A stretch of DNA of 64,000 nucleotides from Magallana gigas (Eukaryota): the NCBI RefSeq assembly GCF_963853765.1, contig NC_088858.1, positions 41,540,001 through 41,604,000 of the forward strand. Direction: 5' to 3'. Below the pieces are notes generated by a model. The model was given only the letters and a program-made list of their open reading frames with translations. It searched no databases and was not told the origin of the DNA. How positions within the stretch are numbered: position 1 is the stretch's first letter; each line of letters starts with the position of its first letter. A program made the position numbers and the translations under genes. Below, in pieces: positions 25,701 to 39,084 of this stretch.

Positions 25701-28700
25701 AATTGAAAGAATTAAAGAAATGGTTATGTAACATAATCATTTAATCTTCTTTTCTGGATTATGAACATGGAGTTATTAAAACTGTTTATATTTACAGGGA
25801 ATTCAGGACTTATCATTATAATAAATTTTGTGACAAGGTTACTTACAAGTATTTATAGCAAATCTATAGAATAATAATGGACCTGTTGTGGAAACCCCTG
25901 TACCTCTTGTAGACTTCAATGTGTGGTAAATGACTGAGATTAGTGCTACCTTTGAAAAGCATCAGAAGTAATGACAGTCTTATACCGTAGATAATTAATA
26001 CAGCTACTTTCCCTTTCTTCAGACTAATTGATATTAGATTCCTTTTTCTGAACCATTTATTATAAAAGAACTCAAATATTTATCTTGGTCAATTTGATTG
26101 ATTAGTTAATTTCCACCAACCAGAAAAGACATATAAAATCTGTGTGTTGTATGACTTGTATCCCAATCATGTTTCTTAGTGAGCGATTCTTTTCTGCTTT
26201 TCACATATCTGGACATTGTACCAGCTAGCAGCTGGTACATGTTCATCTCATCTCATGCAGATAATAAAGTTGTTCCAGTATCTATATAAATACATCATAA
26301 TGCAATAGGAAAAGGTAATGCATATGCCCCTCAGGTGTTTAAAGAGTGGGTAAGGGCTAGATCACAACCCTAATTAGAAGTAAGAAATGAAATTAGACAA
26401 ATTTATGAAATGTCAGATAAACATAATTGCAGTTTTATTTTTCAAAGGGTGATGAATGAAGTTAGTATCAATCCTTGCAAATGAACAAAAAAACCAAAAA
26501 AAAAACCCCACAAAAAACTGTGAAATTTACAGATTTAAAACTGAGAAAGCATATCTAAGTTAGATTGGTGTTAGATATTTTGCTGGGTGGTTGTAACTCT
26601 GACAAAATTGCTTTTCTTTTTGTAAGTGTTTATCAATATGTATATAATCCCTTTTTCAGCAGTAAAAATTCATATTTGATTAAATATTGGTAACAATGAA
26701 GTCATTTGATGCAGCAGAAACAATTTGCAGAGAGAATTTTGAACTTGTAAAGTCAAGTTCAGTGCATTATCACATTATAGAAATGTCACCAGGTTAACAG
26801 GTGTGTGACTGTTGGTCAATATATCAGGATTCTCAAGAGCTCTGTGGTTACGACGCTGGCACGGTACACCAGAGGCCTTTGGTTTGAGTCCTGGTTGAGA
26901 CTTGACTTTTCACAACCTGTAACAGAAAAACAAGCATGTTAGCATAGATCATAGAAACTTGATTCTCTTTTGTTGACGCTTTACCCCCATGTAACTGTGT
27001 CTATAATATGAAAGCTTACTAATATATGGACAAATGAATGAAGCCTATGACAGTTGATATGATAGCTTATTAATAATTCAAAATTTGGTTTTTAAATTTT
27101 CCCTCCAAATTATTGCTTTGGGTCTGCATGAATGATTGTGGTGTGGAATTTTGTTTTTAACATGTTTATGCTGATCTTCTTGTCTCTCATTGGGGTGTCT
27201 ACCCAGAGCATATGGGTGGTTTGTTCTACCCTCCCCAAGACTAGAGAAGCTAGAAAATGTTCATTCCACCACTGTGCAATGAATGAAGCAGTGAGAGGGA
27301 GAGTTTACAGATAAGTTTGTGGGTGATAACCTAGAGAGGATTTCATGGTTTTCCAACCTGTCACCCAGTTCTTTTTTGTGTTGAAATATCATATGATAAA
27401 AATGAATGTGTAAGGTGTCGGGTCTCCTATTGTGTTAAGAGTGATTCAGATGATATTATCTGGTACATGGTAAACACTTTGCTCTAATTTTTTTCCTTTA
27501 TTTATTGTTTTCTGATCTACACTGTGGTAGACAATAATGCAATATAGAAATTTGAAGATACTTTTTCTATATCATTTTATGTTGTGCAATTCTAGATACA
27601 ATGTATATTTTCCAGAGTTTTTCAATATTTTGATTATTATAAATTTATTTCTGTAAACAACTCAGTGACACTTTTTTTTTTTTTTTTGGGGGGGGGGGGA
27701 AATTTTGCAGAGCTCTTGACATTGATGATGATGATGATGATGATGAAGTGTGATATGATAATGTTATTGATGATGATGAAATTTGATGATGTTGTTAATG
27801 ATGATGATGATATGTGTAGGGATGCTGACAAGAGAGCAGCATTGGCAGCAAAAGCCAAGGAGAAGGATGACCTGGAGAAGAAAGAGCAAGTGCGCCCCCG
27901 AGACAAGGACGAGACTGCCACCATTACGACGCTCGAGGTGGACACGTCGCGGACTGAGAAGAAGAGATCCGAGACAGAGGTGTCCATTCCCAGCCTACCC
28001 AAGGCCCCCTCACTGCAATCTCACCCACACATTTTTAAAGACAGGAAAAAAGTGGATAGAGTGGTAACTTAATTTTGTACATTGATTGTTAACTTGTGGT
28101 TTCAGTGTTGAAAATGGTAAAGTTGTAAGAATTCTAAGGAATTTTCAACAGGATATTAAAAAAAGATATTTATTACGGTAAATATTTTATTTATATAATC
28201 TTGGTTTATATGAGTTCAATTATCAGGTTGATATTGATTTTTCTGTAAAATTGATATAGTTAATAGCCATGGATTTTCCATGTGAACATTAATGTTATTA
28301 AACATTTCACATTGTGCTGGTGCTGTATTACGATAGCTCCATTGTTGACTGTCTTCCTATTCTCCCATTTCAGCGTCGGCATCGCAGGGTGTTAGCGGAG
28401 AGCCAGCACCAGTATAATCACACAGGCCTTAGTTTACCCAAAGTGTCCATGAACCCGTCCTTTCATACCAGTTCTTTTGGGAATCATTATAATGCTCACA
28501 ACCCCTCTGCCTCCACGGTCTCTCTCCTCCCCAGTCTCAGCAGCACATACAAGGCCCCAAAGGTACCACATAGCACAGCTCAAGTACCACACAGCACCGC
28601 TCTAGTTATAATTATTACTTAAAGATAAGGGTTTATGCAAGTGCATGTTGATGTTATAAGCTTAAAGATAGTTTAAGTGCTGAATAATACAGTTAGATGC

Positions 28701-28952
28701 AATGTTAAAATGATAAAAAAAAAATGAAAAGGAAGTTGGTTTGGTCAGGAAATTATTGCTGCTATAAACTTTTCAAAAGGGGCATAATTCATACATAAAA
28801 AACAGCAATTACATATAGCTTTCTTAATACATTAATAAATGTACAGTACTTAGCATTTTATTGCTTTGTTTCAGCATGCAAACAAAGCTAACAAGCACAT
28901 ATATGGCAGTTACCAGCTTCCGTCACTGGACAGAAGGGGTGCAGGATTTTAA
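2264..28952 (+). CDS. MOK: MAPK/MAK/MRK-overlapping kinase (MOK/RAGE), partial: N-terminal Gly-loop exons not found in the window
   Basis: GT-AG exons in consistent phase: 2264-2353 (LEQVNNLREIQAMRRLSPHANILELQEVI), 3659-3729 (DKKSGTLVLICELMDMNIYELIR), 7223-7301 or 8772-8850, 10114-10162 (NGIFHRDVKPENILIR), 10404-10489 ([26 protein letters not shown], TEY motif), 23317-23409 ([30 protein letters not shown]), 23907-24008, 24596-24769, 27820-~28063 (donor uncertain), 28374-28562, 28875-28952 (stop). [27 protein letters not shown] is characteristic of MOK. Confidence 0.93.
7223..7301 (+). CDS. MOK: MOK mutually exclusive exon A (alphaE helix region)
   Basis: 79 nt, ttcag|...|gtaagg; encodes (G)KRHYLPERKVKHYMYQLLKSVEHMH(R). 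Confidence 0.85.
8772..8850 (+). CDS. MOK: MOK mutually exclusive exon B (paralogous copy of exon A)
   Basis: 79 nt, ttgcag|...|gtatgt; encodes (D)KRHYLPEKTVKKYMLQLCKSVDHCH(R). 19/27 aa identical to exon A, same phases. Confidence 0.85.
9167..9851. mobile_element. 685-bp non-autonomous DNA transposon (TA TSD, Tc1/mariner-type MITE)
   Basis: Left end CTGGCACTGTACCAGTTATCGGCTAA; right end TTAGCCGATAACTGGTACAGTACCAG (1 mismatch). TA flanks both sides (9165-9166, 9852-9853). Extra internal copies of the TIR core at ~9373 and ~9818. Confidence 0.8.
11289..11340. repeat. (AG)n microsatellite
   Basis: Direct reading. Similar AG tracts at ~19746-19785 and ~39012-39080. Confidence 0.95.
11655..13464 (+). 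CDS. Harbinger Myb/SANT-like DNA-binding protein, ~216 aa, 3 exons, ORF intact
   Basis: Exons 11655-11934, 12793-12940, 13242-13464 total 651 nt. KRKPNWNADETLAL...MWRNIA...EVEKKWHNI trihelix motif, TGTG|GGPP linker, GIPGGLDT motif and a C-terminal coiled coil (LKKLELEVQYLELKIKKLK). Confidence 0.9.
12359..12597. mobile_element. small degenerate inverted-repeat insertion with poly-G tracts in intron 1 of the Myb gene
   Basis: Left CATGCACCGACCTAAGGGGG versus right TTTAGATCTGCGCATG are imperfectly complementary. No clear TSD. Confidence 0.35.
15142..15238 (+). repeat. left terminal inverted repeat of the nested transposon
   Basis: Reverse complement of 22038-22134. Contains CCCAAATGGG, CCCAAACGGG, CCCAAACGAG and CCCGCACGGG boxes. 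Confidence 0.95.
15284..17622 (+). CDS. transposon-encoded MADS-box-like (SRF-like) plus PHD-finger protein, ~211 aa, 4 exons
   Basis: Exons 15284-15298 (MSSTL; least certain), 15723-15854, 17003-17092, 17224-17622, all GT-AG and phase 0. The exon 2/3 junction gives QSFFKRKNTLLEK|AKEIHETTGADCVLYLKSPGGTEYVY. Exon 4 has CRFC..WIGC..TC..WVHALC..WKCPHH (PHD, last ligand His). Confidence 0.8.
16210..21156 (-). CDS. DDE/D transposase of the nested element, ~855 aa, 12 exons, ORF intact
   Basis: Exons 21156-20820, 20666-20574, 20382-20223, 20052-19893, 19598-19378, 19261-19148, 19040-18944, 18852-18750, 18657-18517, 18401-18270, 18184-17661, 16695-16210 total 2568 nt, all GT-AG with matching phases. 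Candidate catalytic motifs: VVTFFDNNQ (D1), WTMVGCDGLPY (D2), LPGLGHYEINM (H motif), GGDFILEAKNR (E). Confidence 0.85.
20461..20535. repeat. (GT)n / poly-G tract in transposase intron 2
   Basis: Direct reading: gtgtgtatgtgt...ggggtgggg...gtgtgtgggg. Confidence 0.85.
22038..22134 (-). repeat. right terminal inverted repeat of the nested transposon
   Basis: Reverse complement of 15142-15238 with 3 mismatches. Confidence 0.95.
23025..23280. repeat. degenerate ~40-bp minisatellite upstream of a MOK exon
   Basis: Recurrent TAGTGTTGT..TGTAGGTAT.GCT(A/T)TAAGAG..TGACC(C/T)T units. Confidence 0.55.
26792..26923 (+). repeat. short interspersed repeat remnant with a degenerate tRNA-like core
   Basis: CTCTGTGGTTACGACGCTGGCACGGTACACCAGAGGCCTTTGGTTTGAGTCCTGG resembles A box, anticodon arm and B box. 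The ends (GGTTAACAGG...CCTGTAACA) are partly inverted. It does not fold as a full tRNA by eye. Confidence 0.4.
27722..27810. repeat. (GAT)n-rich tract immediately before a MOK acceptor
   Basis: Direct reading. It produces the spurious poly-Met ORFs in the ORF track. Confidence 0.85.
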
Positions 28953-31107
28953 GACCAGCATCACAAGCTTCTTGAAAATCTGATGACCTCATAACAGGAA
29001 TCAAAGACTATATGGAGTGTTCATTTTTAATTCATGAACAAATCTATAAAAGATTACTGCAATGTGAATTTTGTTTCATAATTGTTTTGTAGAGAGAAAT
29101 GGATTTGAGGAAATTTGGGACTTATATTGTTTAATATGATTTAATGATTGTATTTTACTGATTTCCAGAATTTTAACAAATAGGGTTGGAACTCTGTGTA
29201 CTAGGGCGTGCATTTTTTTTATTTAATGCCACAGAACAGTTTGTTAACTAAATAGTTTTATTCAATCAAAAGGGAGGTAAAACATTTTCTGTCTGTGCCA
29301 ATGAAAATATTTCCATTCAGTGTCAACTTCTTTTTGAATTAATTTCTCTTACCATCTTTTGTACCAATGGTTATACATGTTCATTTTCTTTATTCACAGG
29401 GTAAAAGAAATTTTTATTTGTCTTATTTTAAAAAAAGAATGCTTTAGCTACATGATGACATTAAAAAGTCCATACCTGTTAACTGGTGTATATATTTTGA
29501 GTTACTGGGGTATTAAATATTGTGTTTTATATGGTCAAGAATAAAATTGCTGTTATTATTGTGCCAAACAATATAAGATAAAGCAAAGAAGTTTATTTTT
29601 ATGTATATGTTGTCATTCAAATGTATTTATGAAAGGTTTGTCATCTCTTATTATAGATACTAAATTGGTTAAAAATTGACCACTTGTACAAAGCCTGTAC
29701 TGAAAATTGAAAAAATGACATCATTGATCACATGTACGCTTGCTCCCAAAAAATGTGAGGTCTATTTTAAACTTTGTATGACACGTACTGACAAGAATAT
29801 AAAGTAAGTGCTAAAGAATCCTTTGACTCCAATTCTAACATTCCATCTGATTGGTTTGATCAGAAGCCATTTGTTTTTTTAAATCATAGTGCTGTGTAAA
29901 ATATGGACATTATTTACTAGTGTAGCATAACCAATTCATGTTGTTACAGGTAGATAACTTTGAGGTAGGTTATGAGCTATTTTTGAGGTATAGGTACCAA
30001 TTTGTTTTTGAGGTAGGTTATGAGTTTATTTTGAAGTATGTATAAATGTCAGGTTTTTTTTCTTTCCCGAGACCACCATATAATACCAGTATTATTGTAA
30101 GATGCATATATCTGAGGTAATATTTTTCTCAAGTTACTGGCCAATTTTTTGCAAAACTCTTCAAGTTTATTTTCTTTAATTCTTGAAACTTTTACTTCAG
30201 TTAGAACGTTATCATAGTTACAATATTTAATGTTCTTCTAGTGTGAATAAATTGATGAAACTGTATTGTCCCAAGAACCTATATGTAACCCCACAACTGT
30301 TGACATTCCTTTTTCATGTCATTGACAACTTTAAGGTGAATAGAAAGAGATGGTGATCACAGTTTATTCTCTGATAATTTGTTACAGTGTAAACCTAGTG
30401 TTTGATTTTATGGCTTTATCCTCTAGTATTCATTTGATTCCGTCCAAAAAAAGAAAATTATTTTTTGATTTTATGAGTATTTGTTATTTATTTTGCTCAT
30501 TTATTTTGTAGTATGTCTTTCAAAGCCATTGTGATAAATGTATTTTGTAGCATTTGTAATAAGTGATGTAGAAATGAATATTAGTCTGAATCTTACTGAT
30601 GTATTTAAAAATCAATAAATTCTCTTATATATGATCAAACCTGTATCTGTTGTCAATCCCTAGTGTTAAAACCTGAGGAGACAAATAATGGCCATTTAGT
30701 GATCTTGATCATCCAATCTTAGTTTACGGGAAACATTTTTATTTTAATAGGTATTTTATTCAAATATATAAGAACGTATGAATCGGATTGAACAGCAGGC
30801 ACAATGCCTATATATATGTTCTCTCCTACATGAAACATTATCGCTGGTGTAGAAGAAATTCTCGAATTCAGTTTTCCTTGGTTTAATAGATGACATCAAA
30901 TATTATTATTCCCTGTGCAACAAGATTCATGGGTATAATGTTTTTGAACTGTCTGTCAGTCAGTCGTGTGTAATTCTCAGTGCATCTCCTCTTAAACTGC
31001 ATTTCTTTTTCTTTCTGGGAGCTTCAGCGCTCTTGAAATTTAAGAAACTTTTGGCCATACATTGAACATAGGACATATAGTGGATGTATTTGGGACCCGT
31101 TGTGCAT

Positions 31108-31317
31108 ATTATTAGGAAATTTTAATTTCATTATTTTGCTGGAAATTTCAATCCTTTTGAATTTAGAAATTTGTTGTTAGGCTACCTGAGTCGTTCAGGT
31201 TACCTATTGCCTATTATTAGGAAATTTTAATTTCATTATTTTGCTGGAAATTTCAATCCTTTTGAATTTAGAAATTTGTTGTTAGGCTACCTGAGTCGTT
31301 CAGGTTACCTATTGCCT
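31108..31317. repeat. tandem duplication, 2 x ~105 bp, between the MOK and ANKEF1 3' ends
   Basis: ATTATTAGGAAATTTTAATTTC...CAGGTTACCTATTGCCT occurs at 31108 and again at 31213, apparently identical. Confidence 0.9.
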
Positions 31318-32548
31318 TTGGTCTTCATCTTTCGTCTGGTGTTGTCCATTAACAACTTTACATTAACTTGTAACAATTGACCTAAATTGTAATGTAGTTT
31401 ACTTCTTGAAAACTACCAAAACTGTAAAACTTGATAATTTCTTATAACTGAGTAACACAGCAATAAAAGATGTACCCTCAATCAACACAGTTGAGGCCTG
31501 TACAGCAAATTACTTAGAATTGTTAAGAAATCTGACTTAATTTTATAGGAGTTGTAGGGTTAGCAGCGAGGAAAAAGAAATGTGGAGTAAAAAACCTTTT
31601 CCAGTTCATTTTCAGGTTTGAACTCATCTTGGGTTGATACAATGATGCTTTAATTTTGTACCATAGAATTTAATTTGTGTAGCAAAATCCACATGCAGGT
31701 CTTGGCAATATATTTATTCACCAATAATCAAGTTACAATTAAAAGAGTTAACAAAGATACAAACTTTAAATTCATACAACTTCTCCAAAACAATGCATAC
31801 ATATACATGTACCAGCACATGTAATTCCATCTATGTACAGTAACAACGCATACTTATAAATCTATCTCATAATGTAAAGGGACAAAGCCTTACCTCACTC
31901 ATTACTATAGTCAAACACATGATTTCCAGATATTATATCAATTCCTCTGACTGGGGGTTTATAAAAAATCCATCTACCGATATCTGTTCCAACTCAATTA
32001 ACTTTATAGTATGAAGTATCATTTTACTTTATGGGAAAAAAACCCCTTCATTTCAGTCATAAAATGGCTCATGCATGCAAACTTATATTTCTATACCTAC
32101 TGACATCCAACTTAAGGTAACACGTACAGCAGATAGAAAACTAAGTTTTGTACATTTTGAAATGTGTATTTACACAATTTAAATTTTCAATGTAGTTATG
32201 TGATTAAGTCATGAATTTACTCTGATACATGTACAAAGGCACCTCAACCAAATAAAAATTAGGAAGTTTTATCACAGAATTTGCTTTATAACCGAACTGG
32301 ATACTGCCAAGAACATGCATTTAACAATACTGATGATTTCATCAACACACAATGAAACATGTTTGCATGTAAAAGAAAATAAGGCAAAAAAATATGTGTC
32401 CACAGTAAATTGCATATAAGATTGATACACAGGTACTCATGAAATTAACAATTCAGCAGTTTCTTAATCTAGATCAAAATCAAAGTTACACTCCCTTCCT
32501 GAAATTCATATACAAAATATAAAAATGATGTTTTAAAAAAGGTCATCA

Positions 32549-35500
32549 TTAATCATCATCCCCCATTTCTTCACATCGTTTTGTAATATTTTTATTAAAG
32601 GGCATCTCAAAGTCATCAAAGTCCACTTCCCACCCATATCGCTCCCGATTAATTTGTCGCTGTTCAATGAGTTCTTTACTGCTCTGCTGTTTGGTCCAAG
32701 GAACTAGAGGAGTATATGTAATGTCTTCCTGTTCGTCCATCCCCCCAGCTAGAGCGGAGGCCGCCCGGAGAATGGAGCCTTTCCTCTGTCTTGGGGGCTC
32801 ATCAAACTCCCCAAATCCCAATGGACCTGAATGGGAATGGTGCTAAAAACCACAAAAAAAATGCCTCATTAAAAACTATTTTTCAATAATCCAAGTAATT
32901 TTCATTAATTCTCTATACAAGTTTTGATGAAAATTTACACTTAATTTTATCCTCTTGTTAACTTAATTGTTTGCTTTTTTATAAGACTTTTTTGAAATTT
33001 GTGGACATTTAAATTGAAACAAATCTATTCAGAGGTAATTAACTGGTATTCAAAAAATTAAAAACAACAACAAAATATCTAGAGAGTTAAATGTATAAGT
33101 GATTGAGTGAAGCAGTTAAAACATAAAAGGTATAATAGTAAGCAATTAGGAGGATCGCAGGAGATTATTGTGGCTAAATGCTAACAGCAAAATCAGGTGT
33201 CTATTGCCACAGGTACCCATGAGAGTGTTGGCCTAGATGCATCATTGTACATGTACAAACTAGAAATGGGCAAAATTGTTTACCAACAATATAAAAATTT
33301 AAAAAAGAAATTTCAATTGAATTCTCTTAGATAAGCACCATGTAAATTTTTTTGTCAAATATGTCTTTTTTTCACAAAAAAGGGAAGAAAAGATATAACA
33401 ATTTGGCCCACACATGTAATAGCTGCAACCATTTTTGTTTGCTTTTACTTTGATAGCACATAACATGAAAACTTTCTTAATGCTTTTTAAATTGGAATGT
33501 GTCTTTTATCAATGATAAATCTGCATATAAAAGGCAAAAAGTTGAAACTGGTAAAAAAAATATGTATTTTTGCAGATTATGTCTCTTTTTCTCTTCAAAA
33601 TTTGCATTAAGATAATGATCACACAAGAAGGATACACAAGAATCTAAGGTTTAATCTTAGATTTCCACACCATTTGTTCAAAGAGTTAAGAAAATGCTTA
33701 CACAGTGAGCAACACTAAACCAAATTAGAACTCTGCCTTGAGGGTACCTGTGTTATACAGAGCAAAAACAATGCCATCAAGTTATGAATACTCATTAACA
33801 CTAAGCCATCTTTTTAATCATTACAGTTGTTAGAAAATTCTATCAATTTTAGTAACGTTAACTTTGTTTACATTGCCAAAAGCTAAAGATTACCAGTACC
33901 TCTGAATACTATCCACTTTATCCACTTTTTTAACTCTACAAATTAATTATCTCCCCTGATTTTACATGTTTTTGCAGTAATTAAGAGAGCAGACATATAT
34001 CTCACAAGAAAAATCACCCAAACACACAGGGTTTATACTTACAGCGACATTCTCCTTCGCCTCAGGGGCTGGTCCTGAGGAAGGGCGAGTGGTTTTACCC
34101 CCTCCCCCTTTGCCTTTCTTTCCTTTCCCTCCTTTCTTGTCCCCCATGGCTGGCAGGCTCTCCCATTTTAACTGCACCACATCTACAACTCTCGGATCAG
34201 CCCATGCTATGGCAACGTCCATTGGGGTATGACCTAAAATCATTTGTTGAATAAGTTTTATCTTAATGTACACACCAGTACACATTAATTTAAAAATACA
34301 TGTACATCAAAATTTGTCAATTTTACTGGATCTTACCTTTAGAATTTTCGGTCTGCACTTTACAGCCTTTACCGATGAGATACTCTACCACACTATCTCG
34401 AGAACTCTCAATGGCTCGTGTGAGTGGTGTACCACCATTCATTGTGGTAGCGTCTATCTCGGCACTGTGGTCAATCAGATACTCCACCACATCCAGCTGT
34501 CCTGCGTGGCAAGCATGGTGAAGTGGTGTCCATTTGAAGTTGTCCCTGGCATTGATCATTGCCCTGAAAATCAAATACACCAGACAAGAAAATGAGCAAA
34601 GTTGAAGTAAAGTTTTTTGCCATGGTATGATCAAGATATCTTTTACTGGTATACTGTCTTTGTTTTTCTTAAAACTTATGAATTGTTAAACAACTTACCC
34701 ATTGTCAACAAGAAACTTGACCATGTCAATCCTTCCAGTAGCACAAGCCACCATCAGTGGAGTCTTGTAGTACTTATCCCGGGTGTCTGCCGTTGAACCC
34801 CTCTGGAAAGCATTCTTCAGTGACTCGTAGTCGCCATTTTTTGCAGCATCAGCAATGTTCATGTACATTCTGTCCGGGTGGTTCAAATACCATGCGGAAT
34901 CATCCTGCAGTGGGTGAGCTGGGGGCTTGTCCCTGTCAAAACGATTTGTATCAGTGAAGTGAATATGTCGCTCAATGAACATCTCTGGTGGTGCTCCTCC
35001 ATAGGTTCTTGGTCCCTCGTCTTTAGTACAGATTGGCATAACAAGCTTAAACTTCCCCTTCTTTTTACCTCCCTTTCCTTTTTTCCCTTTCTTTTTCTTT
35101 TTGCCTTCAAAGGCACTCATTAAATAGTTTTTATTCACATATTTTTTGCCAGTTAGAAAGTCATTAAAGTCAACATTGCCATCTTTGTTTTTATCGTGAG
35201 CCGCTACGACTTTCTTCATTTCCTCTTCCTCCACTGGTGCCCCCATTCCCGTCAGACTGTCCGAAAAATTGTCTTTCGTCACAGTTCCTTTTTCATCAGG
35301 ATCGTATTTAATCATCATGTTAAGTATTTTTTCGGATCTCTCGTATACCCAATCGTATAGAGCAATGGCCCAAGGCTCGTTGTTTTTGCCCACTTTGCCG
35401 AAACTTTTCTCGGCCTTCCTACACTCCTTCGTGGCCTCTTTGTGGTCTCTGTCCTTTGCCAGACTTCTCCCTGTCTCTCCTTCATTGTTCTTTGGTTTAG

Positions 35501-37011
35501 GATTACAACCTGAATAAGAGAAAAGATTGCAGCATGTTCATAAGATACACTTTAATTGCAATCTTCATTCATTTAAAGCCATCTTAACATTCATAACATA
35601 TACATGTACCAACTAAAGCTATACATTTAGTTTTATTCTGATTTTCCTTTACCTCTTTGAGCCAGAAATTTACAGCACATTCCGTGGCCATTCATTGCAG
35701 CATTGTGTATGGGAGTATTGCCCTCGGAGTTAGTCTGGTCAAACAATGCTCCATGCCCAGACATGCAGGCCAAAACGGCTAAACTGCCTCCAATTGCAGC
35801 ATAGTGAGCAGCATGGTTATGCTTTATATCCAGAGCATTTACGTCTGCTCCACGCTCTAGGATGGCTCGAACAACCTTGACACTTCCACTTGCTGCAGCA
35901 GCCATTAAACAAGTTTTTCCTGTTTTCTGAAAAATTAATTCACATTTATTTATGCTTACTTTCATGAGTGGGAGAAAAAATTCAAAACACAGATAGAATG
36001 TTCTCATTAAACAATTACCTCCTGTTTTCCATTTGGGTTAGCTCCCTTCTGAAGGAGTTGGATACAGGCCTCCTCATTATCAATGGCCGTTTCACAGGCA
36101 TAGAGAAGAACTGGAATCCCCTCCATTGATATGTTGTTTGGGTCTGCTCCATGCTCCACAGCTATCTCTAAACATTTGGCATGGCGCTCAGTGGGAGAAA
36201 TACAGTAGAATAAAATACCTGTGAAATAATAAAGAACAATTTACTACATTGGGTATGTTCTTTCTAGTGCTAATGATGTGAATTGATTTTGTAATTCATA
36301 TAAAGTGTTAATTGTCAAGAAGGTAATATGTGAATAAGAGGGAACATTTCAAGATTCCTTTTTATTTACTCCAGGATTATAGGTAATGTGATTAGCTTTT
36401 AAGTAATTCTTTTCTTCTTAATTGCAAAATTAGAATTTAAGCATACATTGCTTTCATTTGTATGTACATGTAAGAAGGCAATTCATATCTCTAGTAACAT
36501 GATTTTCATCTGAAACTTTCTTGCTAATTTCACGTGAGAAAAGCACTCACATGAATTTCCTGTTAATATGGCATGATTTAATTTTTCATGTAAAAAGAAT
36601 TACTGTTTCAATATGAAATGTAAAATGATATTGAAATGAATTTATATGTAATGACTGATCCATACCTTTTCCTTCCAAATCTTTTATGTCCATTTTAGCT
36701 TTAACCTCCATTAGTTGTTCCAAACACTGAACATGCCCAAACTCCGCTGCTCTCATTGAAGCGGTCCTACCCTTCAAGTCCACAGCATCGGGGTGAGCTC
36801 CGGAACCAATTAAAAATTTGACCATCTCATCATCATTAGCTGCAGCAGCCACTCCCAGGGCCGTCAAACCATCATTGGCATCGTTATAATTAATCAGGTA
36901 CGGTATCCCATGGTTTATGAGTTTTGTGATTTGATTCATGTCTTTTTCTCTGACACATTGCAAAAGCTTGCAGACCTGCAGTGTCTGTAATCTATCTCCT
37001 GCAACAGGCAT
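32549..37011 (-). CDS. ANKEF1: ankyrin repeat and EF-hand domain-containing protein 1
   Basis: Exons 37011-36666, 36218-36019, 35926-35653, 35509-34699, 34563-34337, 34233-34043, 32842-32549 in matching phase. N-terminus MPVAGDRLQTLQVCKLLQCVRE, multiple ankyrin repeats (TPLHHACHAG, TPLMVAC), EF-hands (DPDEKGTVTKDNF; DKNKDGNVDFNDF) and a Lys/Gly-rich segment followed by LVMPICT. Confidence 0.88.
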
Positions 37012-38545
37012 CTTGGTCTATCTGAATTTTTCGCTCTTGATTCTATGACTATTATGACTAGAAGTTTTTTATGTTCATCAATAATGAGGGTGCTTATAGC
37101 TTGCTCCTACTTGTCAGGCCATCATAAATAGTTGATGTTCCTAATTTTTAACTGCATGCAGGATTGTATCTGAAAGTGACATTAAAAATCAATTAAGGTA
37201 ATGAAAATTTCAATACTACAACGAAATCGTAATAGTTTGTTATCTAATTTAAAATACTGACAAAGAGATAACAGGCTAACATTTGATGTGCTGTGGTTTG
37301 CAATTACTAAGACACATGCTGCACATTCCGATTTTCGCAAAATTACATCAATATCAATGAATGCATTGCTTCGACAGCTCAATCATTACGATCCATTTAT
37401 AAAACATGAAGTTCGCTACCTGTTGTCTTACGATGGGTAGTCACGAAATCTTGTTATCGGGCTGTGCGTGTCGACGTCCTTTCTTTCATTATTTATTCAT
37501 TTTGACGAGCTCAACCCGCCATTACTGTTTGTTAGTTTCCAAGGAAGAGGCTAAGCGCCTCGTAGCGGCCCGTAAACACTCGGACTTTTCCGTGTGCGGC
37601 CACCTTCGCGCACCTGTCGACCCGAATTGCTAGCTACATATACAGGTCTTTGCAGCTATGCCATGTATCTATGTATTTCGATTGATATTTCAAAACATAT
37701 TTTATTTCATTTATAGAACACGTGTGTTGTTGTTGTTGGGGGGGGGGGGGGGGGGGGGGGGCACTACCCCAACAAACCGAAATAAATAAATATAAACTTA
37801 TTATATAAACAAAAATGAAACGAATTAATAAGTGAACTAAATAAATAGCTTTAAGTAGATTTAAAAGAAATGAATACATATTGTATGATTATACATCAAA
37901 CTATAAGTTGCTTTCGAACATTGGTGAATATTGATTAATAAATATAGCATTAAGTAGCATCTTAAAACTGAGAGGGGTTGGGAAAATTTAGAAAGGGGAC
38001 ATTGAGCAAGATGAAAAAAGGATCTTGGTTCTACCTCCCCTCGTTGAGTGAACCTATATGAATGTATAATTAAATACTCCAGGGCTGCAAACATGTAGCA
38101 AAAGAGGGGGGGGGGGTCTGCACCCCCACCTCCAAAAGTTTTCTTAAAAATTGATTTATGATCGATGGAGTTGCCCTCTCCCTCCGCTTTTAGGAGCAAA
38201 TTGAAGTGAACAAAATTACATTAAATTTTATTGAATTTTTATTTAATGTTCTTTTAGGAAGATGAAGTAAATATATTTTTTTATGAAATAATACTAAAAA
38301 CTATCTTTTGTATATGTTGGTACATGTATATATGATTATTAAACCTAAGATTTTGAAATGTGCCCCTAGGTACAAAAGAAGCGTATACCTGTATAATCAT
38401 ATATTGATCGATTCTCAGCTGAATGTCATTTTAACGCATACACATTAGGCATACACACAGGAACAATCGGGAAAAAAAGGCCCCTCTAATCAGATATCTT
38501 TAACTGCTCGGGATTTATTTTCCAAAACACTGTACCGGTTTAAAC

Positions 38546-39004
38546 ATGGCAAGCGTCAAGAGCCCGGTCAGAATTGACAATTTTTTGCAGTTTTCGGCGA
38601 AAACTTTGAAAGGAGAAAAAATTGACTTCAAGCAGTATGAGGGGAAGGTGATTTTGGTGGTGAATGTGGCTTCCCTCTGAGACACCACCAAGAGGGACTA
38701 TCCGATGATGAACGAGCTGGTCGACAAATTCGCCGGCAAGCTTGTGGTTCTCGGGTTTCCCTCTAACCAATTTGGACACCAGGTAGGAAATTATTTAACT
38801 CATAATTATATTTCTTGATGGGAGAGTGTAATATATACTACGTAATAAGAACCTTAATTAAACAGCGTTGTTTTCCGTAAAGAGAAATTATACATGATAT
38901 ACATATGTACATTTTTTTTTATAATTCTACATGACTGTATTGATTATAATTTTTTTTATTTAGTATCTAGATTAGATTGTTCATGTTAATCACATTCTAA
39001 AGGA

Positions 39005-39084
<80 letters not shown>

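Noticed and set aside
26792-26923. Functional tRNA gene (likewise the tRNA-like stretch at ~46540-46590)
   Set aside because: The A/B boxes are degenerate and there is no complete cloverleaf; better explained as repeat remnants.
27637-28072. Poly-Met/poly-Ile ORFs of 94-135 aa
   Set aside because: They arise from the (GAT)n tract. Only 27820 onward is a real MOK exon.
32549-37011. MOK-ANKEF1 adjacency as a co-regulated ciliary gene cluster
   Set aside because: The genes are tail-to-tail with separate promoters; nothing in the sequence supports co-regulation.
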